A DNA stretch of 64,000 nt from Balanoglossus misakiensis (GCA_040954595.2 CM082577.2:19814303-19878302); one strand, 5' to 3'. Counted from the first letter of the stretch, positions 1 through 13,630 are shown. Notes: generated by a model not told the origin, from the letters alone. Numbers and translations are program-made.

Positions 1-350
1 GGGTTAAATGAAATTGGAAAACAACTGACTGGTTTTGCTCTTTTCATGATATTGAGGTTTCAATCACCATTCAAACTTTGTCATTTTTGTAAAAGGTTAA
101 TATGTCACGTAACACTGCAGAATTCTAATTTTGGCTTTGTTACACTCTCAATTGGATTTCTTGGGGTACTTTGTTCACAAAGTTCATCTTGTTGCATCAT
201 TCATAACCCCCAGCATGCAGGTATCGGGAAGTGCATGATTTCTAATGAGTTATATCACACCATATCACAGATTGCAGGTTGCTTGATCATCTGAACATTT
301 CACCATTGCTTTCTCGATTTTAATTGCTGTTCACACTATTTTTCTCATAG

Positions 351-398
351 TCTACCTCACAACAAACAGTGCAGACTACAGAGCAATACAGTCAAACG
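351..398 (+). CDS. Possible upstream exon of the QRICH2-like gene (STSQQTVQTTEQYSQT), GC donor
   Basis: Acceptor tttttctcatag at 349-350; 48 nt open, phase 0; donor ACG|gcaagt matches the GC-AG consensus. No homology support. Confidence 0.4.
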
Positions 399-713
399 GC
401 AAGTATATACATGTATGATGTACCCACATACCCTCAAAGATTCTGTTCGTTCTTCCTTCTATAAAGAGTCTATAAACTTCTCAAAAAGGATACCACATTA
501 TGTATGACAGTGTTCACCCCAGAAACTTATGATAGCATGGTGGTTAATTTGAATAACAATTTAAGTAATTGTTATGTTATTGAACTTGAAGTCATGTTGT
601 TTTACAGAAATTAAGGAGTGTTGACCACCACGCTTTAATTGCTCAAGGGAGAACACATGTCACACTGATGTGTGATGTTTCACTCACGATCAACTCACAC
701 ACACAGTCAATAA

Positions 714-1142
714 TAGCCCGGAGACCAGGGCGTATATAGAATACAAGGCCCGGGGACAGTCGAGTAACGTCCTGCTGAGCTGAAAGATAGTAGCCCTGGC
801 AACGATCAGGGTCGCTTAGTAACGAATGGATAACGAGTGATCTATCAAATGTTGACGGGCACCAGTGGTTGGATGATATAATTAACAAAGCTTGGTTATG
901 AATATTCATACACCTTCAAAACCACTCCCACATCCCGTTGCGGGAATTTCACACATGACTCCACCTCTATTTCCTTATTTAGAATGCGATGATGTCATTT
1001 GGTTTACACATTGTTACATTGAGTGACCAATTAGCTTACACGCAAGATTTACCACCCGTGTCGTTCTGCGCACAGAATTCTGTTCGTAAATAGAGACTGT
1101 CCCCGGGCGTTTCTTTTCCCCGACGCCCTGGTCTCCGGGCTA
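714..1142. mobile_element. Non-autonomous TIR element (AcademH-like)
   Basis: 20-bp perfect TIR TAGCCCGGAGACCAGGGCGT, subterminal IR GCCCGGGGACAGTC, perfect 9-bp TSD AGTCAATAA (705-713 and 1143-1151). Confidence 0.85.
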
Positions 1143-1370
1143 AGTCAATAATGGCATGCATATATTTGTACTTCTTCTCTGAGCTTTAACTATAATTTTC
1201 TGGTACACACTTGCTATAAATTACATGTAGAACCCATTTCATTAATTTTTTCAAAGATTATTTGTACAGCATATCTTTGGTATCCTAATTTACAATATTA
1301 CCATAGTCACTATATATGTACATGTACATATAGTCTGGGTCATTCCAGTTACTGCTAATTGTAATCTTAA

Positions 1371-1783
1371 GGATGTACGTTCAGTAAAATTGAAAGTATT
1401 GTCATTTTTTTTAATTGTGGATTTTTGGATTCTCCTTTGTATGTATAATGAAAATCCGTAATAAAATATAGGGGTCACCGCGCTTGTTTATGAAATACAG
1501 AGCCATGAATTTGGTCGATAATAGAAGAAATCTGCGGACTCAGCATTTTTCACCAATGGTTTGTCTATGGGCAAAATTTTTAACGCAATTTATCTCAAAA
1601 TAGAGCGCGGTGACCCCTATATTTTATTTGACCAATTAATTTATATTTGCTGGACTGAGCTATGTGTAAAATTTCGTGAAAATGACAATAGTAGAAGTTT
1701 GTTTTTTAGCGATTATCAATGTAATCCTATGGGAAAAAGACCGGGCGCGCAGTGTTTCCGGTTTATGTTCTGCGCGTACATCC
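1371..1783. mobile_element. Kolobok-type non-autonomous DNA transposon
   Basis: TTAA on both flanks, TIR GGATGTACG/CGTACATCC, internal IR AAAATATAGGGGTCACCGCGC; partial copy near 49917-50050. Confidence 0.75.
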
Positions 1784-2760
1784 TTAAAATGAAATGGAAT
1801 GTTCTTTAATGTAATGATTTTAGTGATGCCATTGTGCTGAAGTCAAAAACACAAAATACATCTGCCCATTTATCATACACTGTCTCTCAAGCAGACACAA
1901 GCACGTTACTTTGTTGAGATACATGTATGTCATTTTGCTTAAAGTGCATGCAATCTGACCGATATGACTGTCATTCGACCCTTTTTATAATGGCAAGCAT
2001 TTTCTCAGATGTTTCAATTTCAAGACAGCATTCTCATGTCGATTCAAAATAGATGATGGAAACACAAATATAAAGACGGTATAACTGCAGAATAATATGG
2101 AGTCTCCAAGAGGGGAGTGGAGAAGAAATGCTGGCTAAATGGCCATTTGTCAGGACTTCTCAATCCCCAACATGTTGAATGTAAATTAGTAATTGTGTCT
2201 ACTCCTAATGGAGAAATTACATGAAAAATAAGAGGAAGACAACAGAATCTTATTCAAAATGTTACCATAATGTGTGTTCTGTCCAGTCATATATTATGCG
2301 CTATCATTTTCTGATTAGCCAAAAGTATTTTCATCTTATCTTTGATACTTCACTTTTCCCTTGCACAAACAGATTGCATCAGACCTCACATAATTATGAG
2401 ATTAATTGTATTTGCTATGTTGTTATTGCTGTGATTCCTGATGACTGTAATGAATGATGCACTTTGTAGAAATGCAAGAGTATATGTCACTCACAGAACT
2501 TAGCGTAAAGACTAACACAACTTTTTCTCAAATACCACTCGAGTCACTGACATTGACAACACCACAGTCACTCAAAAAAGGGAGCCCTGTATTGACTAGG
2601 TCACTTAATGTATCAGTCAACATTGCAGAAGATACAAGAGATACAGAAGTCTATCTCTCCAATTTCCCAGGGTTCCCTATGATCCCAGTATAACATTAAT
2701 ATGTTCACAAATGTGAAAAGCTGAATCTATGATAAACTGTTCATAGATTAACATGTATCT

Positions 2761-3160
2761 TATAGAAATAATGGACGACGTCCTGACCATTAACGTGTGT
2801 TTATGTGCAAGGGCCAGGGGAAAGCTAAAAATTCATGGGCGAGGCTTCCGAGCCCATGAATTTTGGCTTTCCTCGAGCCCGAGCCCATAAACAAACGTTA
2901 ATGGTCAGGGCGGAGTCGGTTATTTCCATTATATTACCAACAAACTCAAGAAAACCATCAAAATTTACGAAAATGTCCCACGCAAAAGACTATAGGGCCC
3001 CGGAACTTGTGTTACGCAAAATGTTGTATTCACTGAACTGTATGCTAATATTACTATTCAGATTTATGGGCATGAAAACAAATCATTACTGAGTATTTGT
3101 GGTCAGTGACGTCGTTTGACCAATTAAAATGTGGCGCACAGGCCATGCTAATATAATATA
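2761..3160. repeat. TA-flanked hairpin repeat (Crypton-like non-autonomous)
   Basis: IR CCTGACCATTAACGT...TTTATG / CATAAA...ACGTTAATGGTCAGG; AT-rich ends with no clear TSD. Confidence 0.5.
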
Positions 3161-3688
3161 TTTTACCGTGATATGTCATGTATTAACAAAATGCCACATT
3201 GTATCCGATATGCACAAATTATAATCTTCACACATTTACACCCTTGTACTTGCAACACATATCTCGATCAGTGTTTTTGCTAAGGCTGGGCAACCAATGG
3301 AAATGATTTTGGAATCCCAGTAACATTTCTACTAATGTCTGCAGTGCATTGATATTCCAAGGGGAACACCTTTAAAATGTCTGGGAAACCCATGTAACAC
3401 TTTCATGTACCGTGGTACCACCCTTAACAAAAACACTGTCAATGGTGACATAATTAGTTTTCATTACTGTTGCAGCACACAAATTGTATTCTTTGTATGT
3501 GTTCCACAACATTTCAGTCTTTGCACAAAAGTTGTATTACTTTGTTAATTAATGGGTAACTTGTATTAAAACATGAGAAATTATTCATTGTTGTATAGAG
3601 TGTCTGTGATTGTATCATTGAAATATAGGGGTTCTTTTTGCCCCTGTATCATAGTTTTTCTAACTCTATTTTACATTGTACTCATTAG

Positions 3689-3841
3689 TCACGACAGGTC
3701 AGTCCAGCTCCATCTCGTCCTGGTTCTTCACGTCCAGGGTCGCGGGCTGGCCCTTCTGAAGAAATCCAGAAAATCCTATCTGAACTTGGTGAACTCACAG
3801 GCAAACATGCTGAGTTAGATGGCCGTGTAACCTTATTGGAG
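3689..3841 (+). CDS. QRICH2: QRICH2/C16orf96-like (DUF4795) gene exon: SRQVSPAPSRPGSSRPGSRAGPSEEIQKILSELGELTGKHAELDGRVTLLE
   Basis: cattag acceptor (second in-frame cag at 3695-3697), GAG|gtagct donor, 153 nt phase 0/0, in frame with the next exon. Confidence 0.8.
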
Positions 3842-4432
3842 GTAGCTATACTAGTCCTATTAAGTAAATATAAACAAATGTGAATCAGTGTTTTGTAGCT
3901 CTCCTAAGCACTAATATGAATTTTGTTCACATTTCAAGAGCATCAAAGCTAGCAGGTTTTAAAATCATTTATATAAACATTTCTCATGCAGTGTCTTATT
4001 AAAGTGAGATGTCAAATTTCTACTTACTGGTAAACAACAGGACTGCAGATAACTTGGTGTTTCATCTATGGAGTAGGATTTGTGCAATTTGGCAAGGCAT
4101 GCCAAATGTCAAACATTGAGAGGGATTCATGCAATATGTTAACAGCCTTCCATGTTCAACTTCATTTCAAATTCACCCATAATTCCAACTCCCACATTAA
4201 CCTTCAAACCCCCTTCGAATTGTTTAGAGGTCACACTTGTCATGAAACACTTGTATTTGAGACAATTGGAAGTTTTGCCTACATGTCTGGTGATTGTTAA
4301 CAACCCTTTCAATACTTTCACATGATTGCAGTATAGTACATACCTTTCAGGATTATACTAGCAATTGCTATCATGTAGATGTACATCTGAACATGACTAT
4401 ACAGAATATTATGGTGATTTATTACTCTCCAG

Positions 4433-4567
4433 GAAACAATGCCACAAAAGATTGATAAAGATGAAATAGAGAAACTTCTGGCCAATCAACAAATCCCAGA
4501 TGACCTTGCGGCTCAATTACAACAACTGAAGGAAGGCTTAGATACTTTGGTTCAAAATAAAGAAAAG
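4433..4567 (+). CDS. QRICH2: QRICH2-like exon: ETMPQKIDKDEIEKLLANQQIPDDLAAQLQQLKEGLDTLVQNKEK
   Basis: ctctccag acceptor, AAG|gtaagt donor, 135 nt phase 0/0, coiled-coil character. Confidence 0.88.
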
Positions 4568-4906
4568 GTAAGTGAGGCAAGTTGGTGAAATAATCACTCT
4601 GTATACATGTTCACTGCACACAGTGCTGCTGAAAAGAGGTTTCTGCTTCAATAGATACCCTTTCAAATGCCAATATAGGTGGCAGCTCCAAAGACAATGT
4701 AATTCTGTTTTCAAACATTCTTGGTAAAAAATGCCAGCGTACAGGTACATGTCAGCTCCAGAGACCACTGAAAGCTGGGCTACCACCCAAGGTTGCATCA
4801 CAGCAAATCTTTGGGCCACCCCAGGCTTACTGTGATGTTGATTCATTGGCCGACTATTTCCGATAGTGAATATTTGGTTGTGTTATTTTCCTTCCTGAGT
4901 GGTTGA

Positions 4907-5500
4907 TTTTTAGGTCCCATTGGTTTATACCATGGGACCTTATGGGATCGGTTGCGTCTGTATGTATGGATGTATGTATGGATGTATCATTGTATGTCTG
5001 TATGTCCGTCCACATCAAAAACTTGAAAACCGCTGCGTGTATCACCTTGATATTAGGTGTGCTGATGCAGGCTGGGTTTTAGATGGGAGTTTGTTCAAAT
5101 GAAGTTGTCATTGCCAAAAATATGCAAATTAGCTGGAAAAATGTGAATTTGGTCAAAACTCAGTAACTCAAGAACTACTGGTCAGATTGCTTTGCAAAGT
5201 GGTGTGTATTTACTTTATTGAGTTCTTTGTAATTATAGGCAAAAACCCCTCCTGATATTTATATACACAGAGCAAATTCCTGAATGATTACATAACTGGC
5301 TAACTTTTTAAGAGGCCAGCTGTTCTATTTAGTGTATGTACAGTACATATGCCATTGGCAGCTTATGGGTCAGTCAGTGTTTGCCCATTGATCTCTCTCT
5401 ATGTGTGTGTCTGTCTGTCTGTATATGGCCATGTACTCAGGTGTAGACTTTTTCTTGTGTAATCCCTCAATGGGACCACCGTGTTCTTGACGCGATTTTT
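4907..5500 (+). mobile_element. Helentron/HINE-type non-autonomous element, family A copy 1
   Basis: Inserted in a T-run; 5' GGTCCC...GGGACC hairpin, (GTAT/GGAT)n microsatellite, 3' GGGACC subTIR plus short hairpin. Confidence 0.75.
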
Positions 5501-6360
5501 AAAGTAGTGTTTACATTCATCAACATGACTCTCATTCAGTATTCATGAGTTCTTTTTCTGACGCTGTTTCGTTAAGATTATGACACTGATATGCCACAAA
5601 ATCAATCTTTTGACAGGATAATAAAAGCAATAACCCCCGCCTCAGTCAGGTATACATGTACACTCGATTTGGGTACAATATTCTGTATAACTTTGCATAA
5701 CTTTGTTATAATTAAATGAACAAAAATAAAACTATTTCCTTAAAAATTACATACTGAACATATGCCTTCAAGTTCAAAATTGTCCCTTGCAATCGCTTGT
5801 CTGATTGCTTTGAAATACTAGTATGGTAACTACATGTTATGAAAATGATATTACAGTGTAACCCTGCATTGGGTTTGGTTCAGCCTCACATACACATTAA
5901 TCACTAATTTCTAATTTTCATAATTAGGCCATTTCTGCAATTTAATTACTCAAGGCAGCATGATGATTTTATGCACATACTTTCATCTCCCTATTCAGTG
6001 TTTAGTTGCATCACGGTGTCCACCCAATTCTCACTTTGATTGACTTTACTAGCAATCAACTGTAATTAACTCTTTGACCAAATAATGTGCCCTCTATGGC
6101 CACAGAGTGTGTGAATATGTTGTCCTTGATCATGCCACATGATGCACAGCAAGACTAGATGATTTTCCTCTCATTGCGAGATCTTGTGAGTCTTGGCTTA
6201 TTACCATAGCGAATGGTTGCTAGCCAAGTGATACTGCTGAGGTAATCTGATCTTTACAACTTATGCTATTACATTGCTAACCATATCTGTTTTTTTTTAT
6301 CTTCTTTTCAATTCCTTCTTGCCATGCACAACTGCTTAAACTGCTTGTTTTTCATTAAAG

Positions 6361-6537
6361 ATTGATGAAATCAGTGAGTTGTTGAGGAATCAAAGCCAAG
6401 CTGTACCAGTGACTCTGGTCGATTTGCAGACTTTGAGAGAACAGTTAGCTAGAGTGGAGGCACATTTACAATCTCAGTTGAAATCACTCCATCAAAAGCT
6501 ACCAGTAGAAAGAAGTGTACCAGGAGAAAAGCTAGGG
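6361..6537 (+). CDS. QRICH2: QRICH2-like exon (possibly cassette): IDEISELLRNQSQAVPVTLVDLQTLREQLARVEAHLQSQLKSLHQKLPVERSVPGEKLG
   Basis: Long pyrimidine tract ending aaag, GGG|gttagt donor, 177 nt phase 0/0. Confidence 0.7.
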
Positions 6538-7317
6538 GTTAGTTTTAGTTTTAGTAAATGTCATTGGTTGATCACATTTTTTCCATGTCATGTGGATTTA
6601 GATTGGTGGGCCACACCTCTTTAATAACTTAAACCCCAAAAAGAATGTGCAGTTTGTATATTTCTATGTTGAAGGAACAAAGTGTCTCTCTTGTTGTCCT
6701 TTTTGATGTCAAAATGAAATTAAATACTTATTACTTCAAATCAATAAGTAACTCATTATGATGACTACACAAGGCTTGAAGAGTACTGTGAACTACTGTA
6801 AAAAAGGTTATTTTCGCGAGGAATAAAATTATGCGAATTACATGAGCCAAAAAAAGCGAAAATAAAGACTCGCGTAAATATAGTTGTGAAAGAACAATGT
6901 GTGAATGTACTACTACCTACATTGTTAAATGTAATACACCCACCCGGCTCTATTCACACTCTGACAAACATACGCACACTTACCAAAGAAAATACGCTGA
7001 CGACAAAAGGTTTCAATTCAATAAAAACAACAAAATATTTAATAACTCACATCAAATATAGTAATTTACAAAATCATGTAAAAAAAAAAGCCTAATGGCA
7101 CAAACCAAACAGCCCTTTCCAGGGCCAACACATCCTCCCAAAAGAGTTACCAAAAGTAAATACTAATAAAAGAACGAGTCAAACACACACGCAACAAAAT
7201 GTTTTCAGTTTGAAAGTGCACGTAATTTATTATTCATGATTTTGCTAAGCATTGTGCAATTTGTTTGAACATCATGGTTTGTGGCCAAGAATCTTGCTTC
7301 AAATGCAACAAATTAGC

Positions 7318-7405
7318 CAATCTGATTAAAATCAGATGTAGGGAACGGCGACGTGGTTTTTTTTATACTGTGAGGCGACAGCATGAAAAAAAAACACGTC
7401 GCCGT
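7318..7405. mobile_element. Truncated CAATCTGATT-TIR palindromic MITE
   Basis: Near-identical to 63791-63901; other copies at 11902-12047 and 20331-20402. Confidence 0.7.
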
Positions 7406-7500
7406 GAAATCTGACTGGAAACATCAGCATGAGTCGATTATGTTAGAATTCCATAAAGATGAAGTTCCTAACCTTGCTTTGATTTCATTGGGGCATGTTA

Positions 7501-8318
7501 TTATATATAATTCCCCCATATTTCGAATGAGTGTGCCTGCGTCGTGGACGAGTGATTCCCCGTATAGCGGCCGTATCCCTCCAAGCTGCAGGCGAGGAGG
7601 GATACAGCTATACGGGGAATCACGAGTTCGCGACGCAGGCACACGGGTGAGGAATACGGGGGAATTATATTTTTATCACATACATAGATCCGCTAATTTT
7701 GATTTTCAAATAAATCTCTTTGTGGTTGCGATAAAATTTGGAACTATTTTGTGCAAAATTGAAGATCGATGTTATGCAGTCTATCTGTCAGGTGACTCAG
7801 GTCACGACCTGGACGATTCTGGTTTTGGCGAGGACCCGTCTGTCGTGCGTCAGCTGGATTTCATCGTCCGTCAAGGTTTTACTGGAGCAGGAAACCTTTC
7901 TTATGCCTTTTGCTTCATGACTAGATCGTTTTGCTCTAATCGTCGCATCAAAATTTTTGCGAATACTCAGTTTTGTACCTGTCGCTCGTTCGACAACGCG
8001 ACGACAATGGCTCAGCACTGACGACCTCGCGACACTTTTGGTGCCGGTTGGTGCGATAAAAATGTACACAGGTAAAACTAATCGTCGATCGTCCATATTT
8101 ACACATACGAAACATTTTACTTATCTTTGCTTATTTTTTTATATCGAAATAAAACCAACAATTGCAATGAATTTTGTCGCCCTAAGGGGACTTTGTTTAC
8201 AAGTTTAAAATAGTTCCGTTTGGTGACGTCAGAGGGATGGGTATTACAATAACGCTTGGTGCAAATTTACCTACGTCTGATGTCATACTATGGTATATGC
8301 GGAGCTATGTATGTGATA
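7501..8318 (+). repeat. ~0.8-1 kb hairpin-ended dispersed repeat (Crypton-like), family C1 copy 1
   Basis: Terminal hairpin 7505-7668 and IR ATCACATACATAG; reverse-complement copies at 25068-26050 and 26776-27450. Confidence 0.75.
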
Positions 8319-8826
8319 TTTAGAACAAATCACCAAATCTGAGTACATGTTGGCCTGCACAATACACATCACATCTTCTTGGGATACAGTGTACACAATT
8401 CACAGTGAATATTCGCATGCGCACACATACAATGCTACCATTCACCAAGGAATTTTTTACCCAGCGGTGCATTTCCAATGCCAAAGAACATTTGATTTCT
8501 ATCATTCCAACCACAGACAAAGAAAAAGACAGACTTGTAACCGTATTGTCAAAAGGTGTGAAGAACATGACCTAATCCCCCAGTGTGTGTCTCGGCTGTC
8601 GCCCTGCAGCTGCGGTTTGTCCGAAGTTTCCCAAACGTATCCCCTTCAGCAATGTCCGGAATTTTCCCGATTATAAAATGAAAGTGTCTTTGTGAAAGTT
8701 TGTGTTGTTGTAGTCAGTCAGCTGTAGACAGAAGACGAGTGGACAGCCAAAATTGGAGGAAGTTTGAGCGTCGGAGAGATGAGTTTGACCATTTTAAGTT
8801 TGTACGATAAATTTATAAATATATAT

Positions 8827-9888
8827 TAATAATAATAATTTATTTACTGTCATATATACACTAATGCACATGATACAATGAAATGTGTCGTGGTTTTGTG
8901 AGATAAAACAGAGCATTACACTACAAATTAAAGTTTGAGAAAAGCGTACAAACAGAATGAAAAGAACAGTGTCCAGGACAAACGCAACGATTCCAGATGT
9001 GCAGAATGAATAAGCTATGGGAGATGAGATTGGTGAACTTTCACTCAACACATGGTTTACAATACTTTGACATACGAACTGCAGTAGGGTAAAAGCTGTT
9101 TAGTGACCGATTTGAGCTAGACTTAATGGATCGGTAGCATGCACCAGAACGCATTGGTTGGAACAGATTGTGTGCAAGCTGGTTCTGATCTTTAAGAATG
9201 GAAAGAGATTTTTTGACAACACGGTCCCTGTAAAGGTTATCCAGTGGAGGGAGGTTGCAACCAATAATTTTACTGGCGGTACTGACAATCCGGGTGAATC
9301 GTTTCCTGTCGTTAATTGTGGTGTTACCATACCAGACTGCGAGTGAAAACGTCAAGACACTCAATCACTGCCCGATAAAATTTAATCAATAATTTCTGAC
9401 TGACACGAAAGCTTCTCAACCTCAGTGTTGCTGGGCTTTCTTAACTATGAAAACGGTATTAGTTTCCCATTTTAGATCAGCAGAAAAGTGGACACCAAGA
9501 AATTTGAAAGAATTAACTATTTCTACTTCAGAACCATTTATGACAAGTGTTGTAATTCCTAATGGCTTTTTACGAAAGTCCACTGTGATTTCTTTTGTTT
9601 ATTTTGGTTATTGTGACACCATTTAACTGTATCTTCTATCTGCTTCGATGAGACCGCCAAGGGTTGTTTGTTAGCAAATTTTAGTATGAAGTTGCTCACT
9701 TCACAATCATGTGTGAACAACAAATAAAGTATCAGTGACAGGTTACATCCCTGTGGAGTACCAGTATTTAATGAGTGTGTTTGATTGTAAATTTGAAAAG
9801 GTTTGATCATCAGTCTCAAATTTTTACCAAATCGTCTTCTATAAGCCTGCGTGGTTAATTGGTTGTCGTGAAGTAGTGTTTCAGTCAA
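8827..9888 (-). mobile_element. 5'-truncated, degraded Rex1/Babar-type LINE
   Basis: RT remnants TGTPQGCNLS..LFTHDC..ILKFA and C-terminal SVLTFSLAVWYG...ASKIIG...NSFYPTAVR; AATAAA plus (TTA)n tail at the 3' end. Confidence 0.8.
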
Positions 9889-9904
9889 GTCCTGAGTGCA
9901 CTAC

Positions 9905-10582
9905 TGTAGCTGTCGATAATGATGCAACCGCAAAGTATTCTGGGAAATCTCATCACAGTTGTCGCATATTTTGTCCGTATTTTGACGAGTTGCGAAGCGC
10001 AACTCGTCAAAATACGGACATCACTCGAATACGACGCGTTATCGACCAAAATTAGTGTAATAACCCCTTTATCATACATGCCTACCTATAAAACAGTACG
10101 ATTTGCGAAAATGCGCCGAGAAAAACAATTTCAAATTTGAACCAGGCGCTGAGATCACGGCAGTAGCGATGTTGTGACGTATGACGTGTGGGCCGTAGTA
10201 TCATTTTAACAGGGTTGGCAGCTTTCATTACGATGGGCACATCCGCATTCTAAATAAACTTGTCTACGTTCTCTTTCAAAATATCATGTTAACAATTATT
10301 TCGCATTGAGAATTTCGAAGAAGTAAAAATGATACATTCAACATGGCAAAACCGCCAGCTTTGAAAACGTTATTTCAGCTTCTAATAACCGAATTTTACA
10401 ACACCCCTCTCCACTAGCGTCCTATGCCTATGCGCAGCGAACTGTCGTGCCGCGCATTCTCAAAAATTGTTCGAGACGCGGAGTGTAATACCGTAAAATA
10501 TTGCGCTCAGTGTAATACCGTAAAATATCTTCGGGGCGAGAACAATAGAAAGTGCCAAATACAGGCGTTGCATGTATGATAA
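9905..10582. repeat. Hairpin-ended repeat (Crypton-like)
   Basis: Hairpin TGTCCGTATTTTGACGAGTTGCG-aag-CGCAACTCGTCAAAATACGGACA; IR TTATCATACATGC/GCATGTATGATAA. Confidence 0.55.
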
Positions 10583-11901
10583 CGGCAATAATGACGCCAA
10601 CGCAAGACTAAACCTGTACGGCGTCTGACACATTTGAAGCTTATCTTAGCCGTGGTTTGCCGAGGCAGACACGACATCAAAGGGACATGCTGCGTTGCGA
10701 GTCTGTCTTTTCTATTTGTCTGTGTTCCAACATTAAATTTCTGAGAATATCTTGTATGCTTTATCTGACCTGCTGTTTTCTGAGCTCTTTTACATTTTTG
10801 TGCTGATATAGTAAGTTTTGGGCAAACATGTTTATGTTAAACCATACCATGAGTACAGCGTAGAAACACTGGAATTAAAGCCCATGCTCGATTTTCAAGA
10901 TTGAGACTGTTTATTCATTTTGTCAAGTTTTTTACTCTCGTGTCAACAAGTGGGATGGAAGTTATGTATGGTCAACACCCTGTCGTTGATTCACTATCTT
11001 GACAAATGTCAAATAACACGAACAGAGTCTTGTATCAAAAATAATTAATGGAAAAAGGGCAGCAAGAAAGAAACTTTGTTGCTTTAAGAGTCACCCCTCT
11101 AATATATGAATCTGTGGAGAATGCTCAGTGGAAAATGTATTTTAGTATAACTAGCTATTGGTTGTCGCCTTTATGTTTGAAACAAGTATTAGTTTGGTGC
11201 AGTGTTTTGTCGAGTGTTATACATGTAAAGGTAGATTTATCATTTGTAGAAAATGTCAACAAAATATATTGGTGTAGATATGTTTTTCTCATCAATATTG
11301 GACTACCAGTTTCATGTAAATTTTCCTATATCCAATTAATTAATCAGTTTGTTTCTCTTTTGGAACAAAAAATCTCCTACCTAAATGTTTCCAGTAATGC
11401 AGTCTGGATGAAGATTTTAAGGAAAATGTATACAAAGTGTGGTCTGTATCTCTTCAAACTATGCTGTGTGATCTACTGAAGAGAGAAAACACAGTTCACT
11501 ACATCATGCTACTTTCACATTAATGATTCCGTTAATGAGCTCATCACGTTATTTCAAACCCTTCATTATAATTCAATTTCTTTTAAAAGATAATCAAAAA
11601 AGATCATACAGTTCACTTCATATTATGGATTGTATTATGCAACATACATTTTAGTTACCAGTTGTATTTGTTGGTGTTTATTGTCATTGATGACATTTGG
11701 AAACAGTTGATCATCAAATGCAAAATATAAATGGAGATGTGAGAAATGTAATTCTTTTATATTGGTGCTGCACCCGCTCTACCCCTTCATAATTGAAGTA
11801 TCCTAATTCCATGATCATGATTATTGTGATTTGAGCAAACAAACAAAGAAATCAATGTCTGACCCCTCCACCCTGAAATCTTGTGATTGATGACCCAATA
11901 T

Positions 11902-12047
11902 CAATCTGATTAAAATCAGATGTAGAGTTGGGCGCTGTCTTACCTTTGCTGATTCCAACAGCCAAGACAGACAGAGAACAGAACAGCCAAAACTATCACC
12001 AAAGTTAAAGACAGCGCCTAACTCTACATCTGATTTGAATCAGATTG
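11902..12047. mobile_element. CAATCTGATT-TIR MITE variant
   Basis: ~40-bp TIRs CAATCTGATTAAAATCAGATGTAGAGTT...; degenerate TSD. Confidence 0.7.
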
Positions 12048-12609
12048 GCCCCATATCAACATATGTAAGTTTTGATAAACACACACGTAGGAATATTTAT
12101 GTGAAAAGTGTTGACATTTTATAGAATGAAAATTTAGAGACATTTTGTGACAGCATGAGTACGTACCAGCATTCCTGTATTTTCACTAAATTGGCAATAT
12201 CAATTGTATTGTAGTGTATGTTTTCATTGCATGAGATGCTTTTCATAAAATAACAACCTATTTAGCAAGGCTTGTGCCATCTTACTACTCACACATTCAT
12301 CCTGACTCTTTACCAATTATACCAATTACGCCAAAGCATGGTTTTATAGTGAGGTGGCTTAAAGTTAGATTGTTTTTATTTGTAGTCTTACTGATAAACT
12401 TTCCATTGATTATAATGTCTTCCCTCCTCGCTATGTTTCCAAGTGTAGTGTCAGCCCTCTGTTATACATGTTGTCACCAATACCTGACATTGCCATTGTG
12501 TCAGAATGTCTCTCCTGTATTCATTCTGTATCCAGTCTCTTTGGTGGTGTAATCAGCATGCTGCTCTCTTCACATTTGAAAGTAAATTGTCGTGTCCATT
12601 GATTTTCAG

Positions 12610-12714
12610 TTGACAATCATGTTAGAAAGACTTTCTGAATTGGAAAAAGAGATGATAATTATGAGAGGCAAAAGCAACCATTTTATTAGAAAACCTCCCA
12701 AGAAGGATTTATCG
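12610..12714 (+). CDS. QRICH2: QRICH2-like exon (possibly cassette): LTIMLERLSELEKEMIIMRGKSNHFIRKPPKKDLS
   Basis: ttttcag acceptor, TCG|gtaatg donor, 105 nt phase 0/0. Confidence 0.68.
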
Positions 12715-13058
12715 GTAATGAAATGGTTCAAAATGTTTTCCAGTGAAATAGTCTCTGTTCATGAAACGTTGTGTGTAGATTGTGATGGTCCATTATGTAC
12801 TTGAACTATTTTTTAATAGATATAGGTACTACATGTATATAATTTTATCATTTTAGTAAGTATTTACATTAATTTGCAGCATACATGTATTTATATGTAT
12901 TTACAGTGTGTGTCATGTGGGGAAACTATAACGTTTTTTTCTTGCCATGTTTTGTTCTTGCATTTAAATGAATATTTTTTTCATTCTGCTCTAAAGATAG
13001 ACAAATTATTTGTTTCATACTTGTGTTCCAGCCGCTATCATTTGTTTCTTACCTGTAG

Positions 13059-13304
13059 CCTAGCCGCATCAAAGAACTCGAACAGAAGCTTAAGGAATTT
13101 AGTCAGGAATTGCTTAAGAAAGTTGTAGCTTTGAAAGATAAGATCTCGGCTCTAGAGAAAAAACTTGATGTATTTGACCAGATGTTAGCTGAAAGACCAG
13201 CACAGGATGTGTTTGTAGATACTACATTAACTCCCAGTGATGCAGAGGTAGAAACAGTGAGCAAACCAAGTCAAGTGGGTTCTACAATACCAACTGAACC
13301 AGTG
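13059..13304 (+). CDS. QRICH2: QRICH2-like exon: PSRIKELEQKLKEFSQELLKKVVALKDKISALEKKLDVFDQMLAERP...PTEPV
   Basis: ttcttacctgtag acceptor, GTG|gtaata donor, 246 nt phase 0/0, heptad pattern. Confidence 0.72.
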
Positions 13305-13630
13305 GTAATATTGCCATGCTATAGAATTTGCTCATTAATAATATTCTTCAGTCAGTTTAAAATCCCAGTACATGTAGAAATGTATTGTAACTGATGCAGA
13401 CAGGATGAGAGTAAGAGCTCTATAGAGATATGCTGTTTTGTCTGGGGAATGGAAAAATGTTCAGGAGAGAATTCTTCCTAGATTAGTTAGTTTGAAACAG
13501 GTTTCACTGTAGTTTATAATTAATGTCATGATCTATATATTATAACTTATGGAGAACCTCTATAGCTGTGCAAATTGTTTTACCTTCATACAAAATCTGA
13601 ACTTGTTGCATTGATTGATAAACTCTACAG

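Noticed and set aside
7383-8021. 212-aa ORF
   Set aside because: Spans a MITE and the C1 hairpin repeat, has no recognisable domain, and is not preserved in the other C1 copies
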